A DNA stretch of 64,000 nucleotides, from contig NZ_CP157522.1 of NCBI RefSeq assembly GCF_049075655.1, positions 896,001-960,000 of the forward strand. Direction: 5' to 3'. Source of the stretch: Methanothermococcus sp. Ax23. GTDB taxonomy: Archaea > AGJL01 > Methanococci > Methanococcales > Methanococcaceae. Within the stretch, counting starts at the first letter, position 1; each line of letters opens with the position of its first letter. Under the pieces are notes generated by a model, which saw only the letters and a program-made list of their open reading frames with translations, was not told the origin of the DNA and ran no database searches. This document shows, in pieces, positions 33,492 through 44,865 of the stretch. The translations under genes were made by a program, and so were the position numbers.

Positions 33492-33683
33492 ATGAAATGC
33501 ACAAAATTTGAAAAGGCGAGACTAATTGGTGCAAGGTCTTTGCAGATTTCTAATGGGGCTTTTTTGACCATAGATGCAGAAAAACAATCCTCATTGGACA
33601 TTGCTATGGAAGAATTTGAAAAGGGAAAAATTCCATTAAAAGTTAAAGCTAACAAAACAATTAAAGATTTCCACCGCATTTAA
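33492..33683 (+). CDS. rpoK: DNA-directed RNA polymerase subunit K
   Basis: TKFEKARLIGARSLQI. Confidence 0.93.
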   Translation: MKCTKFEKARLIGARSLQISNGAFLTIDAEKQSSLDIAMEEFEKGKIPLKVKANKTIKDFHRI

Positions 33684-33730
33684 TTCATGATTATAAAATA
33701 TTTTCTTCTTAAAATATGTAGGGGATTTTT

Positions 33731-34690
33731 GTGGAAGATGAGACCACTATTGAAAGAATTACTGCAAAAAAAGTTTTTAAAAATTCAAAAATAAGTGTAA
33801 AAATAACAACATTAACAAGGACTGGAATAGGTTATGATATTATAGATGTAGAAAATCCTGATTATGTTGTTTCAGATATAGAAAACATAATCGCACCTGA
33901 GCTCGTAGGGTATCCTGCATCTGACCAAGATTTTATGGATTCAATTATATGTGGCACATCCGTTGATAATCCAAATATCACCATGGGAGTTTCCATAAGC
34001 ATATCAAGAGCTGCGGCAAATAGTATCGGCATGCCTTTGTTTAGATATGTTGGAGGTTCTTTATCTACGGAATTGCCTGTTGTAGGCTGTTCTCTTTTAA
34101 CGGATAATAGCAACGAATTAATAGCCATACCTATGGCTGAATCCATTGATGAAATGATAACCTGCTATGAAAAAATACTATCGGAGCTCTCTTCCAAATA
34201 CGATACAGTAAATATTTATGGGAAGTGTGTATGCAACAATATTTTTGATGAATTAGATAATTTCAAATTTATATTAAATGATATAGCGGAAGAAGAGGAT
34301 GTTAAAATACTTGTAGGAGCTTCAATATATGAGTATGAATATGCCGAAAATCAAGATATTTATGAAAGAATTTCTAGTTTAGACTATTTAGAAAGCCCTG
34401 AAATCGTGGAATTTGATGGCACACTTGCCATAGATGGCATTGATGAAGCAGCCGATTTTTCTAAAATAGAGCCATATACAATGGGGACATTAACTGAAAT
34501 GTACCACTATATAAATTATATATTGGACAAAGGACTGACCCCTATAATTATGAGCAATAATACTTCATTTTCACATATTGCAGTAGGACTAAGGGTGCCA
34601 TTTTTAAGGAGCAATATCAATTCAAATGTTTTAAATGAGTTGTGGGATATTGAAAGGATATTGAATAATCCAAATGTAAATAGATTTTAG
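33731..34690 (+). CDS. Degenerate enolase-like protein
   Basis: Enolase N-domain similarity (IIAPELVG..QDFMD..GVSISISRAAANSIGMPLFRYVGG); short; sits after rpoK where enolase often lies. Confidence 0.65.
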   Translation: MEDETTIERITAKKVFKNSKISVKITTLTRTGIGYDIIDVENPDYVVSDIENIIAPELVGYPASDQDFMDSIICGTSVDNPNITMGVSISISRAAANSIGMPLFRYVGGSLSTELPVVGCSLLTDNSNELIAIPMAESIDEMITCYEKILSELSSKYDTVNIYGKCVCNNIFDELDNFKFILNDIAEEEDVKILVGASIYEYEYAENQDIYERISSLDYLESPEIVEFDGTLAIDGIDEAADFSKIEPYTMGTLTEMYHYINYILDKGLTPIIMSNNTSFSHIAVGLRVPFLRSNINSNVLNELWDIERILNNPNVNRF

Positions 34691-34780
34691 TGGAATAAGA
34701 AAACAAAAAAATATAAATACTGTATATATTATATAGGAAATATATTTCCTAACTTAATTTAATATTAAGAGGTGAATCTT

Positions 34781-34969
34781 ATGAGCGTAGTAATTGATTA
34801 TAATAAATGCGAAGGTCCAGAATGTGCAGAATGCGTAAATGCATGTCCAATGGAAGTATTTGAAATTCAAGATAATAAAGTTGTAGTAGCTAGGGAAGAT
34901 GAATGCACTTTTTGCATGGTATGTGAGGATGTATGCCCAGCAGGTGCAGTAAAAGTTAAAGAAGATTAA
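34781..34969 (+). CDS. 2x[4Fe-4S] ferredoxin
   Basis: Two Cys-rich cluster motifs. Confidence 0.92.
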   Translation: MSVVIDYNKCEGPECAECVNACPMEVFEIQDNKVVVAREDECTFCMVCEDVCPAGAVKVKED

Positions 34970-35055
34970 GATTAATTTTATTATTTTATCAATTTTATAA
35001 TAATATTTTTCAATTATTTTAATGTAAGCATACAATACCTATCATACTAATAATA

Positions 35056-35322
35056 TTATTCTTTTTCCTCTGTTTTAACCCCTTCCATTTCATCTAGGGC
35101 ATCAAATAATTCTTCCCAAGTATCTAGACTTATTTTTGCATCTTCTTCACTCATAACCTCTAAGGCATATCCAGTATGTATAAGTATATAATCCCCTATA
35201 TTCACATTTTCAAGAAGTGCAAGTTTTGCCTTTTGTTTAACCCCTTTATATTCTGCTATAGCATATTTTTCTCCATCTTCTTCATATATTTCTATAACTT
35301 TGCAAGGTATTGCCAAACACAT
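35056..35322 (-). CDS. hypC: Hydrogenase maturation chaperone HypC
   Basis: [17 protein letters not shown]. Confidence 0.95.
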   Translation of the reverse strand: MCLAIPCKVIEIYEEDGEKYAIAEYKGVKQKAKLALLENVNIGDYILIHTGYALEVMSEEDAKISLDTWEELFDALDEMEGVKTEEKE

Positions 35323-35378
35323 GATATAATCACCAAAATAAGATAATATGAGTATTATAATTATTATTAATGATAATT

Positions 35379-35900
35379 CTATAAATGTATATAGCTTAGA
35401 ATATATTTAAAAATATCGGACATATTTGTAGAGCCCCATAACGCAAAGGGTAATATAATTAAACCGTGTTTTATTATCCTACTTAAAAATACTGCAAATA
35501 TGTATCTTTTAAATGGCATTTCAAAAGCACCGCAGACCCAACACATGATTTCAAATGGCAATGGTGTAAAGCTTATAACTATAAACCCTATAACTCCATA
35601 TTTTTTAAAAAAATTTTCTCCCTTTCTATAATCTTCTTCACTAAATAATTTTAGTGCCAATTTTTCTCCATATTTGGATGCCAAATAATAGGTAATTATA
35701 GACCCAGCAATAGTGCCAAATGCACCGGCAAGTAGCACATATTTCCAGTCAAGACCGAGTGCTATTCCTGCTATCATGAATATTTCTGTTGGCAATGGTT
35801 GAAATATTGGTTCTGAAAATCCTATTAAAAATATGCCCAATATTCCATATTCATTAACAAGTTTAAACCCGATGGTTTTGAATATTTCAAAGTTTATCAT
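35379..35900 (-). CDS. YqaA/DedA (VTT) family membrane protein
   Basis: [23 protein letters not shown]. Confidence 0.85.
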   Translation of the reverse strand: MINFEIFKTIGFKLVNEYGILGIFLIGFSEPIFQPLPTEIFMIAGIALGLDWKYVLLAGAFGTIAGSIITYYLASKYGEKLALKLFSEEDYRKGENFFKKYGVIGFIVISFTPLPFEIMCWVCGAFEMPFKRYIFAVFLSRIIKHGLIILPFALWGSTNMSDIFKYILSYIHL

Positions 35901-35961
35901 ATTTCTCCTTTTTGTATAATTTTAAAATACTTATATATAAATATATATTTAAATTATTATG

Positions 35962-37179
35962 TTATCTAAACACCTTATAAAATGGGTCTGTTGAAGGGTG
36001 TATTTCTACAAAATCCCTATAAACATCAATTCCCTTTAAATATTGTGCAAAATATGGTATTATCTCCATTGATGGAGACATGGATATAGCACCAACTACT
36101 TTATTACTTTCATAATATATTTTATTTATCCCAATATGGTTTGAAACTCTGAAAAAATCTCCTTTCCCAACACTGTTTGGAATTATTTTATAATTATCTG
36201 TCTGTTTTCCAACATAGGAGATATTTAAATCCATTCTTATGGTGCGAGGTATAAAGTCGTATTTTGGTTTTATAAGTGGTTTATTGTTTAATTCATTGTA
36301 TATATTTTCAGCTACAACCCTACCTTCCATTCTTGCAATTGGAGTGATTCCGCCTTTTCCAACAACACAATCTCCACAGGCATAAATATTTTTTTCTATT
36401 TTATTGGTTTTATTTTCTTCTGTGTTAATTACTCTCATATATTCATCTGTTTCGAATCTCGGTTTTCCACCAACTGCAAGTATTTTTGTATAATCATCAT
36501 TATTTAATAGTCTGTTTAATTCGTTATTGTCATTTGTAATTCTGAAATCAATAAATTTATAAATATACTGTCTGATGTCGTCGTCTTCAATCATCTTTAA
36601 GAATTTAGAACGAACATATACAACAACTTCACTTCCAAAGTTTGAAAATATCGATGCATACTCTGCGGCAACTGTTCCTCCACCGATTATAAGTATCTTT
36701 TCAGGGAGCTCCTCCAAATTTACAATATCGTAATAACCCAAACATTTTATCCCGTTGTATTCTGAGGTATATATCTTTCCATTGGTATAAACTACATAAT
36801 CATAGTTGTTTGTATATTCATCTTTAAATTCCTTATAGTGTATATTTATACCGAGCTCCTTTACTTCACTTTCAAGTTTTATTCTTATTTTATTTTGAAT
36901 ATCTGAAATCTTTTTTTGAAGTTCTTTAAATGAAATAATATCTTCTAAAACTATTTTTTTATTATTGTCATTTTTATTATTTTTTATCAAATTCAAATTA
37001 TTTATTATATCTGCCATTTCTCGTAATCCCGTTATGTATGTGCAACCATAATTTAGGCAGGTTCCCCCGATTTTATTTTTTTCATAAACATCGACGTCAA
37101 AGCCTTTTTTTGCCAATTCAACAGCACAGGATTTTCCAGCAGGACCGCACCCCACAATAGCTATTTTTATACCCTCCAT
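35962..37179 (-). CDS. Pyridine nucleotide-disulfide oxidoreductase (dihydrolipoamide dehydrogenase-like)
   Basis: GCGPAG, GGTCLNYGC, C-terminal HPS. Confidence 0.85.
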   Translation of the reverse strand: MEGIKIAIVGCGPAGKSCAVELAKKGFDVDVYEKNKIGGTCLNYGCTYITGLREMADIINNLNLIKNNKNDNNKKIVLEDIISFKELQKKISDIQNKIRIKLESEVKELGINIHYKEFKDEYTNNYDYVVYTNGKIYTSEYNGIKCLGYYDIVNLEELPEKILIIGGGTVAAEYASIFSNFGSEVVVYVRSKFLKMIEDDDIRQYIYKFIDFRITNDNNELNRLLNNDDYTKILAVGGKPRFETDEYMRVINTEENKTNKIEKNIYACGDCVVGKGGITPIARMEGRVVAENIYNELNNKPLIKPKYDFIPRTIRMDLNISYVGKQTDNYKIIPNSVGKGDFFRVSNHIGINKIYYESNKVVGAISMSPSMEIIPYFAQYLKGIDVYRDFVEIHPSTDPFYKVFR

Positions 37180-37317
37180 ATTTTCACCACATGTTTATTA
37201 ACAAAGTATTAACAATAATTTATTATAGTATCTACATATTTATAATGATTATAGATTTTATAATAATTATTTAATAATAAAAAATTAAAAATAATAAAAA
37301 GCAATTAAAGTGATTAT

Positions 37318-38523
37318 ATGCACCCAACAAAGAAATTAAAAGGTTTAAAATCAAAATTACTCGATGGAAAAAAAATATTGGTTGTAGTATCTTCATCAAT
37401 AGCCGCAATAGAAACTCCCAAGTTAATGAGGGAGCTCATACGACACGGTGCAGAAGTATATTGCATAGCCACGGAAGAGACTAAAAAGATTATTGGAGAA
37501 TATTCATTGGAATTCGGCTGTGGAAATAAGGTATGCTACGACATCACGGGAAGTATAGAGCATGTGATGCTATACGATATATGCGATGCTATGGTAATAT
37601 ATCCAGCTACTGCAAATATAATAAGTAAAATATCCCTAAATATTGCAGATAATATTGTAAATACAACCGCCACAATGTTTTTTGAAAAGAAACCCATATT
37701 TATCGTTCCAGCAATGCACCAGAATATGCTTGACACAATAGACAATCACTTAACCAATCTAGAAAATAAAAAAAATATATACATCGTATCTCCAAAGATG
37801 GAAGAGGAAAAGGCAAAAGTTCCGTCCATTGAAGATGTTGTATTGGATGTGATTGAAAAATTAAGCTGGAAAAATAATAATAACAACAATAAAAACAAAA
37901 GCAAAAAGGTTTTAATACTATCCGGCGGAACTGCTGAATTTATAGATAAAGTTAGAGTGATAAGCAATTTATCTTCTGGAAAAACGGGATATTTACTTGC
38001 AGAGGCATTTTGTAGAGATGGATTTGATGTGGAGGTAATCCATGCTCTTGGAAAAGAACCGCCATATTATGTAAAATCTCACAAAGTCCTTACAGCAAAG
38101 GAAATGCTAAATAAGGCACTTGAACTTGGAAAGGATGCAGACATAATTATATCCTGCGCCGCAATATCTGACTTTACACCAGAAGAACAGATTGAAGGAA
38201 AAATTAAATCAGATAGGGATGTTGTAATAAAATTAAAAAGAAATCCAAAAGTATTGGCTGAGCTCAGAAAGGCATTTCCAGATAAAATTATAGTTGGATT
38301 TAAAGCAGAGTATGGACTGGAAAAAGAGGAGTTGGTGGATATTGCTACAAAAAAATTAAAAGAATATAATTTAAATTTTATTGTGGCAAATGACTTATCT
38401 AAACATTATTTTGGAGATGACTACAACGAAGTAATATTAATAGGTAAAGACAAATTAAAAGAATTTAAGGGAAAAAAATCGGAGATTATGGAAAAGATTA
38501 AAGATGAAATAATAAAAAATTGA
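37318..38523 (+). CDS. coaBC: Phosphopantothenoylcysteine decarboxylase/synthetase
   Basis: PATAN, PAMH, SNLSSGKTG, AAISDF, GFKAE. Confidence 0.93.
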   Translation: MHPTKKLKGLKSKLLDGKKILVVVSSSIAAIETPKLMRELIRHGAEVYCIATEETKKIIGEYSLEFGCGNKVCYDITGSIEHVMLYDICDAMVIYPATANIISKISLNIADNIVNTTATMFFEKKPIFIVPAMHQNMLDTIDNHLTNLENKKNIYIVSPKMEEEKAKVPSIEDVVLDVIEKLSWKNNNNNNKNKSKKVLILSGGTAEFIDKVRVISNLSSGKTGYLLAEAFCRDGFDVEVIHALGKEPPYYVKSHKVLTAKEMLNKALELGKDADIIISCAAISDFTPEEQIEGKIKSDRDVVIKLKRNPKVLAELRKAFPDKIIVGFKAEYGLEKEELVDIATKKLKEYNLNFIVANDLSKHYFGDDYNEVILIGKDKLKEFKGKKSEIMEKIKDEIIKN

Positions 38524-38587
38524 AATAAAATATAAACAATATATTACATAGTATAATAAAATAAATAAAATAATAAACGGTGAAACT

Positions 38588-39523
38588 GTGAAAAACATAG
38601 GAATTGGATTATTTGGTGATTTTAAAGATGCAGGAAAGAACTTGGGAAAAAAAGGGACTTCAACAGACATTACATTGTATAATTACAAACAGGGAGATGA
38701 TGCAGTATTCTTTGTAGAACCCACCAAATACCCTGAGAAAATCACACCATTAATATATGCTATAAATATGATGGATTATGCCTTGGTGTTCGTTGATGAG
38801 ATTAAGCCAGAACTCGCAGAGACACTACTTGCATTGGATATGATGGGCGTAGAAAAAGGCTCTTTTGTTGTTGGTGAGTATGTGGATGTCGAGCAGTTGA
38901 AGGCGATAATCTCAAACACTTCAATGAAAAATTTTGAAATTAGGGAAAAGGATTATATCAGAATAAGGGAAGATATGGTGGCACTTCCGCAGGAAATGGC
39001 GGGAGAACCAGATAATAGCTTTGTAAAGATACCGATAGACCACTTTTTCACAGTAAGGAGTGTCGGGACTGTTATATTGGGAAGAGTAAAAAAGGGAACG
39101 GTAAAAATCCACGATAATTTAAGAGTTTATCCAACGGAAAACAAAGCAATGGTAAGAAGCATACAGGTAAATGATAAAAACTACGACGAAGCTCCAACAT
39201 TTTCAAGAGTTGGGCTTGCATTGAAGGGAGTAAAATCCGAAGAATTGGAAAGAGGCATGATTTTATCAGATGGTGATTTAAAAGTATCCGATGAAATTAC
39301 ACTTAATATGAAATGGAATCCATACTCTAAAAAGGAGCTCAGCGTTGGTGAGGGTTATCAAATAGCAATTGGATTGCAAACCATAAGCTGTAAGGTAATG
39401 GAAAAAGAAGGGGATACAATTAAATTAAAATTAATCAAACCAGCAGTTTATGAATCAGGAGATAAGGCAGTTCTTTTGGACGGAAGTGCAAAAATAAGAA
39501 TATTGGGAGTTTCAGAGTTATAA
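38588..39523 (+). CDS. SelB-like / EF-Tu domain II-III protein with degenerate G domain
   Basis: IDHFFTVRSVGTVILG, RVGLALKG, LERG; no canonical GxxxxGKT. Confidence 0.75.
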   Translation: MKNIGIGLFGDFKDAGKNLGKKGTSTDITLYNYKQGDDAVFFVEPTKYPEKITPLIYAINMMDYALVFVDEIKPELAETLLALDMMGVEKGSFVVGEYVDVEQLKAIISNTSMKNFEIREKDYIRIREDMVALPQEMAGEPDNSFVKIPIDHFFTVRSVGTVILGRVKKGTVKIHDNLRVYPTENKAMVRSIQVNDKNYDEAPTFSRVGLALKGVKSEELERGMILSDGDLKVSDEITLNMKWNPYSKKELSVGEGYQIAIGLQTISCKVMEKEGDTIKLKLIKPAVYESGDKAVLLDGSAKIRILGVSEL

Positions 39524-39699
39524 ATTTATATTTTTTTAGGAGCTCCCAAGGTTAATTTTATTTTATTTTTTTAGGATTTTTAATAGGATGGTGTATGAGT
39601 ATTGGCAGAAAATTAAACATAAAATAAAATTAAGTTATTAAAAATAAAACTAAATAAAAGAGAATAGGATAATATATAGGTTGATATAGTTTAATATTA

Positions 39700-41322
39700 T
39701 TATTTTATCTCAACCTTGGCATTTAAAAATACTGGACCTCTTATATCTATTACTTTATTATTTCCCATTATCTGTTTTAAAGCCAATTCATCTATTTTTA
39801 AATTTACATCGCTTAAACTTCTTACAATTGGGATTCTTATTTTCAACTCCTTGGTGTTTGAAATAAGTGCCTCTTCTATCTTTGAGGTTATTTTAAAGCA
39901 TAATGAGTCAATATATTTTATATTTGTAGGAACACCGTGTTCTTTTGCATCTTTGAGAAGTTTTATATATTCCTCTTTAACACCCTCAAATGATTCTGGA
40001 ACGCCCAGTATATTTCCATCAAATACATAGATTTCATTTAATATTGAAGGACCAAGGAGTTTTTTACCTTCTTCTTTTTCAAATAATGTTATCTTTATGG
40101 TTTTTTCTGCGTTGTAGAATTTTATTTTCTTTTCAACTTTAACCTCGCATGGTGAGCTCTTATCCTTATTTTTTATGCAGGTATCTATTAAATCGTATGT
40201 TAAATTATACAATTCATCTGTAATTGGGACTTTATCAACTTTAACCATATGGGCTATATCCCTATCGCTTAAAATATTCTCATAGAACTGAGGATAAACC
40301 ATTTTCCTTACATCGTCGTAGTTATGGGTAATCATTGCAAGTCTTTCAACACCAAGTCCTAAATTCATCACCGGAACATCGATATTGTATTTACTCAGTG
40401 CAATAGGAGAATATACTCCAAATGTTGCAACTTCAAGCCATTCCTTTAATTTAGGATGGTATGCATAAACTTCTGTCTGTGTTTCTGGTGTGTAGTATTT
40501 GCTTTTTTTCTCATCAGGTCTAAATTGGAATTTTGTAAATCCAAACTGGGATAAAAGCCCTTCTGCAACAACCTTTCCATCATCAATAGTGACGTCTTCA
40601 CCTACTATTACGCAGGATGCAGAGTGATATGTCATTAAATGACTTTTATCCTCTTTCTGCTCCCTTCTGAAACATCTATCTATTGAAAACAACTTAAACG
40701 GTAAAGGTTTTTTATTTATGAGCTCCGATAATGTTATGAACCATCCAGATGTCATGTGGCTTCTTAGGGTGAGAGTTAATGCTTCTGGGGTGAGCTCCTT
40801 AAATTCAGGGAATACTTCTTCCAATATTTTTAATCCCATTTCATTGGAGGTATTTAGTGCGTTCCCTATTTCAAATACTAAATCATCACCATCAAGGGTT
40901 CCCTTTTTATACTGGTGAAGGATTTTTCTTAAATTTTCCTTTTTTTCCTCGCTGTCTTTTATTTTTATTCCAAGTTTCTCAATTTTTTCGATTTTCTCAT
41001 TTCCTAAGCCCACATCTGGTCTTGGAAGCCCTGCTAAATAGAAGCACCTATCCAACACCGCCATTGCCTCAGGTCCAAACTGTTTATAAACATCTCTCTC
41101 ATCCACTATTACGGGGTTTATATACTCCTCAAATCCCATTCTTAAATATGCCTGCCTTAACTGTTCTATTGTGTCAATTACAGGGTGAGATTTTCCAAAC
41201 TCTGGTTTTATTCTAGGGTATTTTTTGTCGATATGCTTATTCGGTATGAGCTCCTTTGTTTCTCTCCATGCCTTTTCAAAATCCTTGTTAGCCATCTTTA
41301 AAATTTTCTTTGTGTCAAACAT
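39700..41322 (-). CDS. sepS: O-phosphoserine--tRNA(Cys) ligase
   Basis: LRSHMTSGWF, FRREQKED, NLGLGVERLAM. Confidence 0.96.
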   Translation of the reverse strand: MFDTKKILKMANKDFEKAWRETKELIPNKHIDKKYPRIKPEFGKSHPVIDTIEQLRQAYLRMGFEEYINPVIVDERDVYKQFGPEAMAVLDRCFYLAGLPRPDVGLGNEKIEKIEKLGIKIKDSEEKKENLRKILHQYKKGTLDGDDLVFEIGNALNTSNEMGLKILEEVFPEFKELTPEALTLTLRSHMTSGWFITLSELINKKPLPFKLFSIDRCFRREQKEDKSHLMTYHSASCVIVGEDVTIDDGKVVAEGLLSQFGFTKFQFRPDEKKSKYYTPETQTEVYAYHPKLKEWLEVATFGVYSPIALSKYNIDVPVMNLGLGVERLAMITHNYDDVRKMVYPQFYENILSDRDIAHMVKVDKVPITDELYNLTYDLIDTCIKNKDKSSPCEVKVEKKIKFYNAEKTIKITLFEKEEGKKLLGPSILNEIYVFDGNILGVPESFEGVKEEYIKLLKDAKEHGVPTNIKYIDSLCFKITSKIEEALISNTKELKIRIPIVRSLSDVNLKIDELALKQIMGNNKVIDIRGPVFLNAKVEIK

Positions 41323-41433
41323 TTTATCCTCTTTTTTCTTTTTATATCATTAACTTTTTTCTTAACTATTTTTAAATAAAATAAAATTATTTAAAATTAT
41401 ATGTTATGATGATGTTATTTATAGAAAAGCAAA

Positions 41434-42777
41434 TTAAAATTTATTAGGATATACCTTATTGCTTAGTTTTAAATAGTAATTACTGAGCTCTCTTTTAAAT
41501 TTATCAATATCCAAATATTTTGCCTCGTGGTCTTCTAAATAAATTCCTCTATCTCCTGATGCTGTTAATAAATCCAAACTGCTTGTTATGATTATAAATG
41601 CAGAGCTCAGTTTTTCCCTCTCATTCATTATAATTTCTGAAAGTGGTTTAACTCCTTCAAACCAATTGGATAATAAACCACTTACAAGTAAATTTACGGC
41701 TGAATTATCTTCATCAATTAGTATTAAATCTACACCTGTTGATAATGCCTTCTGAATCTGATAAGCCATAGTCATAGAGCCTGATGCTGTTCCATGAACA
41801 TCCTTTGGAGTGCCTTTTATTCCCTTTGGTAGTTTTTCAAAAAATAAACTTATATCATTTCCATACATCTGCATACATCCTGTTGATGCCTTAGATAAGT
41901 TTTTTGTGGTAATAATATACTCCCTTCCATCTCCAATTAAATGGTCATCCTGCCCGCTGTCAATTGCCTCTATCAAAGTTGTTTTTCCCTGAGCATTTCT
42001 TCCAGTAATGATAAATATTTCCTTTTCTTTTATACCAAGCCCTGTAATAATGTTGCCATCGTAGAGCTCTACCTCTATTGGATTCAATTCCTCGGGCGTT
42101 TCAAATGGTATATTTACACCTTTTTTTGGTCCTGCAATTCTGTAATGTCTCCTTACATTTGTATAACTCCTCGCAGGTTTTGAATTATCTCCTATAAAGG
42201 ATACGAGCCCCAACTCCTTTAATCTGTTCCTTAAATCCTTCTGATTTATTGTGTTAATATTCTCTTTTTCAAGGATTTTGTAAGGTATTTTTTGGATGAA
42301 ATCATTTAATTCATAAGACAGTTCGTCAATTCTTTTTGCCATTATTTTTGGAGCTCCCTCCTTAAATATCATCCTTAATAACAAATGAATTTCATTATTG
42401 GTTATAAAGTTGTATTTATCAGCTCTCCATAAATCGCTACCTATATTCAAATCGCTATTTATCACAGTTATGGGCTCAAATAATGCAGTATATCGTTTTC
42501 CAAGACTTCCAGATAATTCAGGGAATTTTTTCTTTTTTATCTCCTCTTTAATACATTCAATAATCCGTGCCGTGCTTCCCTCTAATCCTTTTTTATTTAA
42601 ATTAGTTAAATCATCCCTTTTAAAAACAAATGGCAACACTATTTTTATATTTTTATCTGCCTGTTGGGCTGCATAGAAAACCTTATTTTTGTTAATTTTT
42701 GTTAAAATTTTACGATTTAGATATGGTGTGGTTATGTTCTTTATAATATCCTCAATCAATGAAGCCTTTGAATTCAT
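41434..42777 (-). CDS. ABC-ATPase domain-containing protein
   Basis: GRNAQGKT, GDGRE, ASGSMT, LIDEDNSAVN. Confidence 0.75.
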   Translation of the reverse strand: MNSKASLIEDIIKNITTPYLNRKILTKINKNKVFYAAQQADKNIKIVLPFVFKRDDLTNLNKKGLEGSTARIIECIKEEIKKKKFPELSGSLGKRYTALFEPITVINSDLNIGSDLWRADKYNFITNNEIHLLLRMIFKEGAPKIMAKRIDELSYELNDFIQKIPYKILEKENINTINQKDLRNRLKELGLVSFIGDNSKPARSYTNVRRHYRIAGPKKGVNIPFETPEELNPIEVELYDGNIITGLGIKEKEIFIITGRNAQGKTTLIEAIDSGQDDHLIGDGREYIITTKNLSKASTGCMQMYGNDISLFFEKLPKGIKGTPKDVHGTASGSMTMAYQIQKALSTGVDLILIDEDNSAVNLLVSGLLSNWFEGVKPLSEIIMNEREKLSSAFIIITSSLDLLTASGDRGIYLEDHEAKYLDIDKFKRELSNYYLKLSNKVYPNKF

Positions 42778-42881
42778 ATTCTCACTTTAAATTTGCAATA
42801 AATAAAAATGAAAAAATAATAATTAAAAGATGTAAAAAAATAAATTATTATATTGTTATTATATTGTTATATTATAGTATA

Positions 42882-44789
42882 TTATTTCATTCTAATGGCA
42901 TCTAGATTCATAGGAGCTCTTGTTTCTTTCTTGAATAATTTGTATGCTGTGCTTGCCAAATCTACACATTTTGAAGCTTCACCATGGACGGTTAATATTC
43001 TTTCAGGCATAGGTTTGAGTTTTCTTAGGTATTTTATAAGCTGTTTTCTGTCGCTATGTCCTGAGAATCCTTCCAATGTATGAACGCTTAAATTTACCTT
43101 TATTGCTTTTGATTTTCCATTTCTGTTCATTATAGGGATTTCACTCCATCCTCTTTGAATCTTTCTTCCAAGGGTGCCTTCCGCCTGATAACCTACAAAT
43201 ACTATGGCATTTCTCTCGTCATCTGCAAGGGATTTGAAGTATTCGACACTCGGACCTCCGCTGAGCATACCTGATGTGGTTAATATTATGCACGGCTCAT
43301 CACTATCAATTATATTTCTCCTGTTGTTTGTGTTTTTTACCTTTCTAAATACCTCTGATAAAAATGGATTGTCCCCTTCGTGGAAAATTCTGTTTCTTAT
43401 GTTTTTTGAAAGATATTCAGGATATGCCGTATGAATTGCAGTAGCCTCCCAAATCATACCATCCAAATAAACTGGGGCATTGAATATACCTTGATTGTAT
43501 CCTTCTTCCAAAACAAGCATGAGCTCCTGAGCTCTACCTATACCAAACACTGGGATTATTACTTTACCTTTTCTTTTTATGGTCTCTGCAACAACATTCA
43601 AAAATTCTTTTTCCGTTTCTGCCCTATCTGGAAGCACATCATCGTATCCACCGTATGTGGATTCAATTACAATTGTTTCCAATCGTGGAAACTGACATAC
43701 TGCTGGCTCCAATAACCTGGAAGCCTCAAATTTTATGTCCCCAGTATATGCAATATTATATAATCCATCCCCAATATGACAGTGAGCTATTGCAGAACCT
43801 AGTATATGCCCTGCATTGTGCATTGTTAATTTTATAGCCGGTGCAATATCCGTAGTTACCCCATAATCTATTGGTATAGTGTGTTTTACACATTTTTTAA
43901 TATCTTTTGATGAATAGGGCATCACTTTACCTTCTTTTTCTGCAATATCTAAATAATCCTTTTGTAAAAGAGTCATTAAATCTCTTGTAGGTTTTGAGCA
44001 ATAAACAGGACCATCATAGCCATACCTAAAAAGCCCTGGAACAAATCCACAATGGTCTAAATGAGCATGTGTAATTACTACTGCATCGATTTCCTCTATT
44101 GAAAATTCTGGGGCATCAAAATGTGGAAATGCCTTATCTCCTTCAACTGCAACATTTATCCCACAATCTATTAAAATTCTACTTTCAGGGGTTTGAAGAT
44201 AATTACAGGTTCTTCCAACTTCTCTGGAACCTCCCAAAAAAGACATTCTTATCCAACAGTCATCTCTTAATCTAACATCCCGGTGTATTCTTCGGCCTAT
44301 CTTTCTTAGGATTTCTTTTACATCGGTTCTTTCCCTATAAAGGGTAGCTCTTATCGCTTTAATTGTTTCAGAAGCTATTGGTGGAGTTCTTACGGGCTTA
44401 GGAGCCCATTTTATTGCTTTTTTTATTTCTTCCAGAGTGCTTCCTTCTTTTCCAATTACCAATCCCGGTTTTTTTGATTCTATTATGACTTCACCAGTGT
44501 TTGCATCAAATATGCAGTTGGTTATTTCAGCATCTTCTGGAACGATTTCTAAAATTTTATTCTTCGCAACATCCGGTTCCATTAAAACAGATGGGTCAGG
44601 TCTTATGGCTATCCTTTTTCGGAATATTCTTGCAAGTTCTTTAACAAAAGAATTGGAAAATATCTCGGGGTTCTTTGCATATATTACTACCTCAGGACCT
44701 TCAAACTGCACATCTGTAATCACTGCGTTTCCAGGTGAATTTTTTATCACATACTGTTTTATCTCGTTTAAAATCTCTTCTGCTGACAA
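42882..44789 (-). CDS. fttA: Beta-CASP ribonuclease aCPSF1 (FttA)
   Basis: N-terminal KH domains, THAHLDH, GFSGHSD. Confidence 0.95.
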   Translation of the reverse strand: MSAEEILNEIKQYVIKNSPGNAVITDVQFEGPEVVIYAKNPEIFSNSFVKELARIFRKRIAIRPDPSVLMEPDVAKNKILEIVPEDAEITNCIFDANTGEVIIESKKPGLVIGKEGSTLEEIKKAIKWAPKPVRTPPIASETIKAIRATLYRERTDVKEILRKIGRRIHRDVRLRDDCWIRMSFLGGSREVGRTCNYLQTPESRILIDCGINVAVEGDKAFPHFDAPEFSIEEIDAVVITHAHLDHCGFVPGLFRYGYDGPVYCSKPTRDLMTLLQKDYLDIAEKEGKVMPYSSKDIKKCVKHTIPIDYGVTTDIAPAIKLTMHNAGHILGSAIAHCHIGDGLYNIAYTGDIKFEASRLLEPAVCQFPRLETIVIESTYGGYDDVLPDRAETEKEFLNVVAETIKRKGKVIIPVFGIGRAQELMLVLEEGYNQGIFNAPVYLDGMIWEATAIHTAYPEYLSKNIRNRIFHEGDNPFLSEVFRKVKNTNNRRNIIDSDEPCIILTTSGMLSGGPSVEYFKSLADDERNAIVFVGYQAEGTLGRKIQRGWSEIPIMNRNGKSKAIKVNLSVHTLEGFSGHSDRKQLIKYLRKLKPMPERILTVHGEASKCVDLASTAYKLFKKETRAPMNLDAIRMK

Positions 44790-44865
44790 AATAGACCCTC
44801 CTATTAAAATTATAAATTAAATTCTGTTCAAATTAAAATTGTAATAAAATATTTTATTAACACTT

